From an uncultured delta proteobacterium (GTDB lineage Bacteria; Desulfobacterota; Desulfobacteria; Desulfobacterales; B30-G6), in the NCBI GenBank assembly GCA_963823335.1, contig CAWGLD010000007.1:96001-160000 (forward strand): a stretch of DNA of 64,000 nt. Reading direction: 5' to 3'. The notes below the pieces were generated by a model that saw only the letters and a program-made list of their open reading frames with translations, did no database searches and was not told where the DNA came from. The translations under genes and the position numbers were made by a program. Shown here piece after piece: positions 20,175-27,876 of this stretch. Each line of letters begins with the position of its first letter. The stretch's first letter is position 1.

Positions 20175-21161
20175 ATGGGAAAAAACAGCTTGATCAAGTC
20201 CACCACCAAAAAGAAGCCTGCCACTGAAAAAGAAGACACCACCAATAAGGCCCAAAAGGACTCTGCCGCAGCAAAAAAAACGGCCAACCCAAAATCAGAT
20301 GTCAAGCCCGCAAAAAAGACAACCAAGGCCAAAGAAACCGCCAAGAAACAGCCGGCCGTAAAGGCGAAAGCCACCACCACCGATATAAAGAAAGCAGCAC
20401 CCGAGGCGAAAGCCCAGGCCCCGGCCAAACAGCCGCCCAAGGCCCGCATCGAGAAAAAAACCCTGCCGACGGAAAAGACATCCCCTTCGAGCGCACCGGC
20501 TTCCACCGACCACATGCCGCCCTCTGCAGCAAAACCGGCCGATCCAGCCGACAAGATGCTGTGTTACGGTGGGGCTGGATTTGTTCTTCTGGTACTGATC
20601 GTGGTGATTGCCAGCTGGATGAACACCCACAACTATTATGTCAAGTCCGGTAACGATGTCGTTGATATCTGGCAAGGTAAATTTTCACCCAAAGGAGCCA
20701 GACATCTCATCAGCTTTCCTGGATTGCAGCTGGCCGAACCCATCAAAGACACCTATACCGCCAAGGAAGTCTTTCCCATTATCTACCAGTACTATCTCGA
20801 CAAGGCCGATATGCTCCTCGATGTACCCGGGGTGCCCGATTTCGACGGCGTAAAAGGGAATCTCCACAAAGCCCAGGAATATGCCAGCACCCGGGAGATG
20901 AAAGCGGTCATCCAGAGCCGTCTCGACGCCATCAACCTCATGGTGCTGCTGTACAAGGCCGATGTCGCCGCCAGCAAAAACACCCCGGAGGATCTGAAAG
21001 CAGCCAGGGACTATCTCAAGGAGGCCCTTTCTTATCGGGTGGATGAACTGGAATCCACACGGATCAAACAGAAAGCCGATGCTGTCAAGATAAAACTGGA
21101 AGGTCTAAATTCCACGGCTGCCGGAACAGCTGCGGGTAAAGAAGATAAAAAGCAGCCCTAA
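20175..21161 (+). CDS. hypothetical membrane protein: Lys/Ala/Pro-rich N-terminus, one TM helix, helical C-domain
   Basis: 328-aa ORF; low-complexity basic first ~125 aa, TM at about aa 129-149. Confidence 0.7.
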   Translation: MGKNSLIKSTTKKKPATEKEDTTNKAQKDSAAAKKTANPKSDVKPAKKTTKAKETAKKQPAVKAKATTTDIKKAAPEAKAQAPAKQPPKARIEKKTLPTEKTSPSSAPASTDHMPPSAAKPADPADKMLCYGGAGFVLLVLIVVIASWMNTHNYYVKSGNDVVDIWQGKFSPKGARHLISFPGLQLAEPIKDTYTAKEVFPIIYQYYLDKADMLLDVPGVPDFDGVKGNLHKAQEYASTREMKAVIQSRLDAINLMVLLYKADVAASKNTPEDLKAARDYLKEALSYRVDELESTRIKQKADAVKIKLEGLNSTAAGTAAGKEDKKQP

Positions 21162-21191
21162 CGACCCTGTCGTGCTGAGATCGTTTCCACC

Positions 21192-22989
21192 ATGAAATAC
21201 AAGCAAGTCATCAGCGCATATATCCGCCTTTGGATGTGTGTTCCCATTGCGTTACTGATTCTGACCCCGATGATTGCCCGGGGTATGGAGTCTTTTCCCA
21301 AGCCGGGATGGCAGGATCGCCCGAATCCCATTGCCGGCAGCGATGCTGTTGTGGGAGGGGAGATCGCCATTTTCGCCGGGCAATACCCCAAAAGCCTCAA
21401 CTACTATCTCGACAACAACAGCTTTACAGTGGAAGTCTTTGGTGCCATGTTCGAGACACTGCTCTCCATGAATCCCATCACCCTTGAATACGAGCCCGGC
21501 CTGGCAGAAACATGGCGTATCTCCGATGATAAGAAAACATTCATTTTCTCGATTCACAAGAGCGCGCGCTGGAGTGACGGCCGCCCCATCACCGCCCATG
21601 ATGTCAAGTGGACCTTTGACACGATTCTGGATCCGAAAAACCTGACCGGCCCTCACAAGGTCAGTCTCGAGCGGTTTTCATCCCCCACGGTATTGGACGA
21701 GCACACCATTCGTTTCCAGGCCGAAGATGTGCACTGGATGAATCTGGGCGCCGTGGGTGGTTTTAATATCTTACCCAAACATGTGTTTGAAGGAAAAGAT
21801 TTCAACAAAATCAATTTTGAGTTCCCTGTGGTCTCCGGTCCCTATGAAATCGGTCTCATCGACGAAGGAATCTTTCTGACCCTGGAGCGCCGTGAAAACT
21901 GGTGGAACATCCATGCCCAGCGTTCACGGAACACCGCCAACTTTCAAACAATGAAATTCAGGTTTTATGCCGAGAGAGAGAATGCCTTCGAAGCCTTTAA
22001 AAAAGGACAGTTCGACCTGTTTCCCATCTACACCTCCCGGCTGTGGGTCAATGAAACCAAAGGTGAAAAATTTTCCAAAGACTGGATCGTAAAACAAAAA
22101 ATATTCAACCTGAATCCCATCGGTTTCCAGGGCTTTGCCATGAATATGCGCAAACCGCCCTTTGATGATATCCGGGTTCGAATTGCCATGGCCCATCTTC
22201 TGGACCGACCCAAGATGAACAGCACCCTCATGTACAGTCAGTATTTTCTGCATCGTTCCTACTTTGAAGATCTTTATGATAAAAACCACCCCTGCCCAAA
22301 CCGCCTGGTTGAATTTGACAAGGCCAGAGCCAGAGACCTGCTGAAACAGGCCGGCTGGGCGGTCAACCCGGCCACGGGAATTCTGGAGAAAGACAACCAG
22401 ACGTTCTCCTTTAAATTCCTGACCCGGCAAGCATCCACGGACACCTTTCTGGCCATCTATGCCGAAGATTTAAAAGACGTGGGCATCGAGTTGATCATCG
22501 ACAGGAAGGACTGGGCTGCCTGGGCCAAAGACATGGATGAGTTCAACTATGAAATGACGTGGGCCGCCTGGGGATCAGGGGTCTTCAAGAACCCGGAAAG
22601 CATGTGGTCCTCCAAAGAAGCCGAGAGAAAAAGCGGCAACAACATCACGGGATTCAAAAACACTGACCGTGGACACCCTCATTGAAAAGCAGAAAAGCAT
22701 TTTCGATGTTCAGGAGCGCAACGCCATTTACAGGGAAATAGACCGGATGATCTACGATGCGCACCCCTATGTACTGTTGTGGAATATCAACTATACGCGG
22801 CTCCTGTACTGGAATAAATTCGGTACACCCCAAACGGTTCTCTCCAAATACGGTGATGAAACCAGCGCGTACTGGTATTGGTGGATCGACAAGGATTCGG
22901 AGGCGGATCTGACCGATGCCATGCGCCAGGGATTGTCCCTGCCCCCCAAAGAACCCAACATTTTTTTTGATGAGATGTTTTCAGAATGA
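21192..22989 (+). pseudogene. ABC transporter peptide-binding protein (family 5, YejA-like), split by a frameshift at about 22668
   Basis: WSDGRPITAHDV, SGPY and RVRIAM motifs; ...NITGFKNTD continues as VDTLIEKQ in the next frame (GAC-C-GTG). Confidence 0.8.
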
Positions 22990-23014
22990 CAGTATTCTCG
23001 TATCACAGGTTTGG

Positions 23015-23033
23015 GAGACTGTCGAAAAAGTCC
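23015..23033. mobile_element. possible isolated IS terminal repeat
   Basis: GAGACTGTCGAAAAAGTCC resembles IS1182/IS5-type ends and marks the shift to AT-rich DNA; no partner end or transposase seen. Confidence 0.3.
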
Positions 23034-23111
23034 AAAAACAGTGGTTTAAGTAGTTTAATATTAAAATTTAAAATAGACGGGTTTCATGTGGATTTTAGTG
23101 CTTATCCGTAT

Positions 23112-23330
23112 TTACGGATAATTTTTCGAGTCTGAATCTCCAACGACAGATGTCTGATCTTCAACCCAGCGGATATCGCCCGTTTTTGTTAAAAAGCGAT
23201 ACTCCTGTGTGTATTCTTCAACATCCTCGAGATGTTTCTGCAAAGATTCTACTTCTGTGGATCGAATCCTCAGTGACTGCAACTCTTTTATAAGTTCTCT
23301 TTTTGATTTCTGCAGATCTGCTTTTATCAT
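23112..23330 (-). pseudogene. remnant of a PAS/PAC sensor protein
   Basis: Coiled-coil leader KSKRELIKELQSLR joined directly to the PAC motif EYRFLTKTGDIRWVEDQT, then a stop. Confidence 0.6.
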
Positions 23331-23420
23331 AGATCTCCTCCGAATCTAACATGACGTCCTATTTTGATTATACGCTTTCTCAAAAAAATTTGGCCCAATT
23401 TCTGTGTTGGCCCCTTGCTT

Positions 23421-23474
23421 CAACTACATATTGTATTTTTATTTCTTGACATACAACATATAGTATACTATGAT
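23421..23474 (+). promoter_or_regulatory. sigma70 promoter overlapped by tandem NrdR-box-like sites
   Basis: TTGACA (23446)-N17-TATGAT (23469); ACTACATATTGT (23423) and ACAACATATAGT (23453), 30 bp apart. Confidence 0.65.
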
Positions 23475-23558
23475 ACGAAAAAATATTTTAAATATTCAGC
23501 AAGCCTACCTCTGAACCGTGACAATATCATGATTATAGAGGTTCTAAAATATTATTTG

Positions 23559-23600
23559 AAACCTCCCAAAGAGATTCCTGGTCTCTCAAGAGGTTTTTTT
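23559..23600 (+). terminator. intrinsic terminator inside the leader of the parA-like gene
   Basis: AAACCTC..GAGAT-loop-GTCTC..GAGGTTT followed by a T-run. Confidence 0.55.
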
Positions 23601-23611
23601 ATTCTGGTATA

Positions 23612-23771
23612 TTGAAGAACCTCATAGCAAGCAACGAGAAATGTTCTGCCGTGCGCATTGCTTCCCAGCGACACTAAGGAATTCTGTCAGATTTTGATTC
23701 GTTGGCTAACCTCGCGACATGTGAAGCACTGCCACAGGCAGAACCCACGGGGAATACGCTCGCTGTTGCGG
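23612..23771 (-). mobile_element. PATE-like element, 160 bp, with an internal insertion
   Basis: Same ends (TTGAA|CCGCAAC ... GGTTCTTCAA) as other copies; about 80 extra bp in the loop of the TTCTGCC/GGCAGAA hairpin. Confidence 0.7.
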
Positions 23772-23834
23772 TTCAAGTTTGAACCATTTTTTTTCCGATT
23801 TTTCAAATCAAACAAAGTAGGAGGATTGGAGAAA

Positions 23835-24911
23835 ATGAGAACAATTTCGATTGCCAATCAAAAAGGTGGCTGTGGTAAGACGACCACCGCAATCAATCTA
23901 TCCGCCTGTCTTGCCCATAGGGGTAAAAGAGTACTTCTAATCGATATGGATCCTCAAGGTCACGTTGCGTTGGGGTTGAATATTGACAGCAACGATAAAG
24001 AGAATACAGTCTTTAGTGTCCTGGAGCCTTCCAACGGCAGCCGACTGTCGCTTGCCGATATTTCCGAAAACGTTGCAGAAAACTTCGATGCCGTGCCCGC
24101 AGATATTTCACTCAGCACCCTGGATCAGCACCTTTCAATGGTTGAGGGCAGAGAGACCCGCTTGAAACACGCAGTCAGCCGGCTTTATTCATTGTATGAC
24201 ATCATTATCATAGATTGCCCGCCGAGTCTTGGATTACTGACATTCAACGCCCTTATTGCCTCATCAGAAGTGATCGTGCCCATAGAGATGAGCTTGTTTT
24301 CTTTGCACGGGATCGGCAGACTCATGGAAATCATAGCGTCCATCAAGAAGAAAACCGGCCATGAAATCCATACAAGAGTTTTTGGAACAATGGTTGATAA
24401 GCGCACAAGAATCGCGAGGGAAGTGCTGGAAAATATTAGAAACCATTTTGGTGACACCATGTTTGAAGCGGTCATTCGTTCCAATGTCACCTTGAAGGAG
24501 GCCGCCGGGTTTGGGAAATCGATAATAGATTACTCAAAAAAGGCGAGCGGGTTCAAAGATTATATGATGCTTGCCGACGAAGTTCTTTTAGAGAAAGGAA
24601 CGGAGCATAGTCTGAACGTCGAGGATGACGAATCAATGTTCTTGGAATCGAATCTGGAAAAGCGCTTTTCCTATTATGGACCTGAAGCAAACTCCGTAAA
24701 GATCGGAGGAAGTTTTAACAATTGGAACCCATCCGATGAGTTTCGTATGGAACGTGATGAATATGGCACATGGACAAAGAAGATCTCTCTCAGACCGGGC
24801 ACCTATCAATACAGATTTATTGTCGATGGTGAATGGGTCGAAGATCACAATAATTCGAATTATATACATAATGCCTATGGTGGCCACAATTCGGTTTTGG
24901 AAATTCGGTAA
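23835..24911 (+). CDS. ParA/Soj-family ATPase fused to a C-terminal glycogen-binding CBM48 (AMPK-beta-like) domain
   Basis: NQKGGCGKTTT deviant Walker A, DMDPQG, IDCPPSLG; C-terminal GSFNNW...W...L.PGTYQYRFIVDGEW..D...NSVL; start MRTISIANQK after AGGAGG. Confidence 0.9.
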   Translation: MRTISIANQKGGCGKTTTAINLSACLAHRGKRVLLIDMDPQGHVALGLNIDSNDKENTVFSVLEPSNGSRLSLADISENVAENFDAVPADISLSTLDQHLSMVEGRETRLKHAVSRLYSLYDIIIIDCPPSLGLLTFNALIASSEVIVPIEMSLFSLHGIGRLMEIIASIKKKTGHEIHTRVFGTMVDKRTRIAREVLENIRNHFGDTMFEAVIRSNVTLKEAAGFGKSIIDYSKKASGFKDYMMLADEVLLEKGTEHSLNVEDDESMFLESNLEKRFSYYGPEANSVKIGGSFNNWNPSDEFRMERDEYGTWTKKISLRPGTYQYRFIVDGEWVEDHNNSNYIHNAYGGHNSVLEIR

Positions 24912-24924
24912 AAGGACATCCTAA

Positions 24925-25473
24925 ATGGAAAAAAAGAGTCTTGGCAGGGGTCTTGAGGACATTGCGGATATTTTTATATCACAGAACAAGCAAAATATTC
25001 CTACGGCTGATTCAACATCGGAAAACATGAGAAAGGTGGTCAATGAATCCTCTCCCGGACATTCTTTTGCAGCGTCGGAGGAAAGCGTGTCTTTTTCTGA
25101 AGACGATATTATAACGGTAATAAATGAAAGACTCAGGGTGAATAGGAATTGCCTCAACACCGAGCGGCCTTTGGAACATGATCGCTCAGAAAAGGATGAT
25201 AAGCTCCGGACCAGGAATATGGAAAAAACCCCGTCAGATGACCCGGACGTCTGTGAAGTCACGGAACATGTTACCAGCAAAAAGAAAATGGGTTACGTAA
25301 ATACCCCCGATGTTCAAAAAAACATCGTAAAATCGCTTTTCCAGCATCTTCGTCGGAACTACAACATAAAGAATATTGAGTTGGTAAAAGAGAACGAGGT
25401 GTCCCGTCCAGGAATGAAAATTACAATTGAAAAGAATATTTTGATTTATGTCAAGGAGCAAGAAAACCATTAA
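24925..25473 (+). CDS. hypothetical protein with ParB-like N-terminal 'LGRGL' peptide
   Basis: MEKKSLGRGLEDIADIF; starts 13 bp after the parA-like stop; AAGGA RBS. Confidence 0.75.
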   Translation: MEKKSLGRGLEDIADIFISQNKQNIPTADSTSENMRKVVNESSPGHSFAASEESVSFSEDDIITVINERLRVNRNCLNTERPLEHDRSEKDDKLRTRNMEKTPSDDPDVCEVTEHVTSKKKMGYVNTPDVQKNIVKSLFQHLRRNYNIKNIELVKENEVSRPGMKITIEKNILIYVKEQENH

Positions 25474-25479
25474 TTAATT

Positions 25480-25798
25480 TGGATCATCTCCCAAAGAGTT
25501 GATCCAAATTAAGGATTCAAGGATTCCAGGGGTCCAGGGTTCGAGTGAGATGAAGTAAGGCATCAGATAAATGCTTAAGCATTATAAAGAGTTAAAAGTT
25601 GTGAATTGGAAACGCAGCCTATGATATCCGGTGATTTGGATTATATGAAAAAGGAAAAGCTTCAGGAATTAAGAGATGAGATTGGGGATGTAAAGAGAAT
25701 GCTAAAAGCGATGATCAAATCCCTGGAAAACAAACACTTGAATCCTTGAATCCTGGACTCCTTGAACCCTTTCTCCCAACTTATTGGGAGAAGATCCA
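25480..25798. repeat. inverted-repeat cassette around the deleted four-helix-bundle gene
   Basis: Outer TGGATC(A/T)TCTCCCAA inverted repeats (25480 / 25798); inner octamer arms GGATTCAAGGATTCCAGGGGTCCAGGGTTCGAGTG and CACTTGAATCCTTGAATCCTGGACTCCTTGAACCC. Confidence 0.8.
25571..25749 (+). pseudogene. internally deleted four-helix-bundle gene
   Basis: MLKHYKELKV joined out of frame to CELETQPMISGDLDY...IGDVKRMLKAMIKSLENKHLNP*, the N- and C-terminal signatures of the family. Confidence 0.75.
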
Positions 25799-25805
25799 TT
25801 ATATT

Positions 25806-26777
25806 TCAGGTGAAGAGGTGACAACTCACGCTATGACCTGCCTTGTCCGTTTCTCTTGGGGCCTCTTTGCGGCAGACCTCCATAACGTCCGGGCATCGGG
25901 GATGGAAGCAGCACCCTTCCAGGGGGACGGATAGAGAGGGGGGGCCCTCCTCAATCGATGGCCATTGCGCCCTGTGTGATCCCGGACGCGGGACGGCTGA
26001 TATGAGCGCTTTTGTGTAGGGGTGCCTGGGGTGAAAAACGATGTCACCTGTCTTTCCAAACTCTACAATTCGTCCCAGATACATCACCGCAATCCGGTTG
26101 GAGATGTGACTGACAACACTCACATCGTGCGAGATAAACAGATAGGACAGGTGGTACTTCTCCCGGAGATCCAGAAGCAGATTGATAATCTGGGCCTGTA
26201 TGGACACATCCAGGGCACTGACCGGCTCATCGCAGACAATAAAATCAGGCTTCAGCGATATGGCCCGGGCGATGTTGATGCGCTGGCGCTGACCGCCCGA
26301 GAATTCATGGGGGTAGCGGTATAATGCATCGGCATCCAGACCCACATCTTTCAGGATGCCCCTGGCCGCTTCCTCACGGTCGCCACGGATCAATTTAAAT
26401 TCGGATATCCCTTCCGTAATGATGTCCAGAACATTCATGCGCGGGTTCAGGGACGACAGCGGGTCCTGAAAAATGATCTGAATTTTGCGCCGCAAGGCTC
26501 GCAGTTCTTTGCGGGACAGACCGGCCAGATCCCTGCCCTGGAACTTTATATGACCCGCATGAATCTTTTCCAGCCCCACCAGGGTCCTGCCGAGAGTCGT
26601 CTTGCCGCAGCCGGATTCCCCCACCAGACCGATGGTTTCCCCTTTCTGCAGCACAAAGGAGATACCGTCCACCGCCCGGACATGACCGATGGTCCGGGAC
26701 AGAATGCCCCTGCGAACAGGAAACCAGGTCTTGAGGCGGTCTACTTCAATCAGCGGGTAATGGTTTATTGAGTTCAT
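25806..26777 (-). CDS. oligopeptide ABC transporter ATPase (OppF/DppF-like)
   Basis: [20 protein letters not shown] and HPYT motifs; C-terminal Cys cluster. Confidence 0.93.
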   Translation of the reverse strand: MNSINHYPLIEVDRLKTWFPVRRGILSRTIGHVRAVDGISFVLQKGETIGLVGESGCGKTTLGRTLVGLEKIHAGHIKFQGRDLAGLSRKELRALRRKIQIIFQDPLSSLNPRMNVLDIITEGISEFKLIRGDREEAARGILKDVGLDADALYRYPHEFSGGQRQRINIARAISLKPDFIVCDEPVSALDVSIQAQIINLLLDLREKYHLSYLFISHDVSVVSHISNRIAVMYLGRIVEFGKTGDIVFHPRHPYTKALISAVPRPGSHRAQWPSIEEGPPSLSVPLEGCCFHPRCPDVMEVCRKEAPRETDKAGHSVSCHLFT

Positions 26778-26898
26778 TGCGTTTGTTGGGGTTACAATGC
26801 CAGGAAGCTGGGAGGCTGGGAAGCTATGATATTGCTATCAGCTACCCTTCAAACCTCCAACCCTTGTATCCCCCTTCAACCCTTTCTCGTCTGTTAGT

Positions 26899-27876
26899 TT
26901 ACTGGAATTTCCCCGCAATAAAACATGCCGCCCTGTGGTTGTCTGATACAGGAACCAATTCCGGCATCTCAGTTCTGCATTTTTCGAACGCAAAGGGGCA
27001 TCGATCACGAAACCGGCACCCAGACGGATAATGCTCCGGAGAGGGAACACTGCCGGGTATTACAGCCAGCCGATTTCCCTTGCCATCAGACAAACTGGGA
27101 ATCGATTTTAAAAGACTGTAGGTATAGGGATGCGACGGCGCCGAAAATATGTCCTCCATCCGCCCCTCTTCAACGATTCTGGATGCATACATCACCAGGA
27201 CCCGATCACACATTTCCCATACCACGCCCATGTCGTGCGTAATCAAAAGAATGGAAGTATGTTCCGTCTTCATCTCACGAATCAGTTGAAACACCTGGGC
27301 CTGTATGGTCACATCCAGGGCTGTTGTGGGCTCATCGGCAATGATCAGCTCCGGATTCATCATCAAGGCCATGGCGATCATGATGCGCTGCTGCATTCCC
27401 CCTGACAACTGGTATGGATAAGCATGCATCTTTTCCTCAGCATCGGGTATCTTTACCTTTCCAAGCCATTCAAGCGACATGTTCCAGGCCCTTTCTTTTG
27501 GTGTAGACTGGTGAATCTGGATCGTCTCCACCATCTGCTGACCGATTCTCTGCAAGGGGGACAGGGCTGATAATGGCTCCTGGAATATCATGCTGATTTC
27601 TCTGCCGCGTATCTTACGAACCGCCTCTATGTCGGCCATCAGAATATCGTTGTCTTTGAACAGAACCTGACCGCTCTCGATATTTCCCGGTGGAGAGGGG
27701 ATCAGACGCAGCAGGCTCAAAGCACTCACCGATTTCCCACATCCGGACTCCCCAACAAGACCGACGACCTCCCCGCGCTGAATGTCAAAGGACACATTGT
27801 CCACCGCGGTAAAATAAGCGTCATCGGTTTTGAATGACACCTTCAGATTCGATACGGAAAGAAGTGTCTGCTGCAT
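26899..27876 (-). CDS. oligopeptide ABC transporter ATPase (OppD/DppD-like)
   Basis: [16 protein letters not shown] and ADEPTTALD motifs. Confidence 0.93.
   Translation of the reverse strand: MQQTLLSVSNLKVSFKTDDAYFTAVDNVSFDIQRGEVVGLVGESGCGKSVSALSLLRLIPSPPGNIESGQVLFKDNDILMADIEAVRKIRGREISMIFQEPLSALSPLQRIGQQMVETIQIHQSTPKERAWNMSLEWLGKVKIPDAEEKMHAYPYQLSGGMQQRIMIAMALMMNPELIIADEPTTALDVTIQAQVFQLIREMKTEHTSILLITHDMGVVWEMCDRVLVMYASRIVEEGRMEDIFSAPSHPYTYSLLKSIPSLSDGKGNRLAVIPGSVPSPEHYPSGCRFRDRCPFAFEKCRTEMPELVPVSDNHRAACFIAGKFQ

Noticed and set aside
23536-23570. preQ1-I riboswitch (AGAGGTTCTA start)
   Set aside because: The loop is too long, the A-rich pseudoknot tail is missing, and the downstream gene is unrelated to queuosine.
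23658-23834. N-terminal extension of the ParA-like ORF
   Set aside because: It translates the inserted repeat; the ParA fold and RBS begin at 23835.
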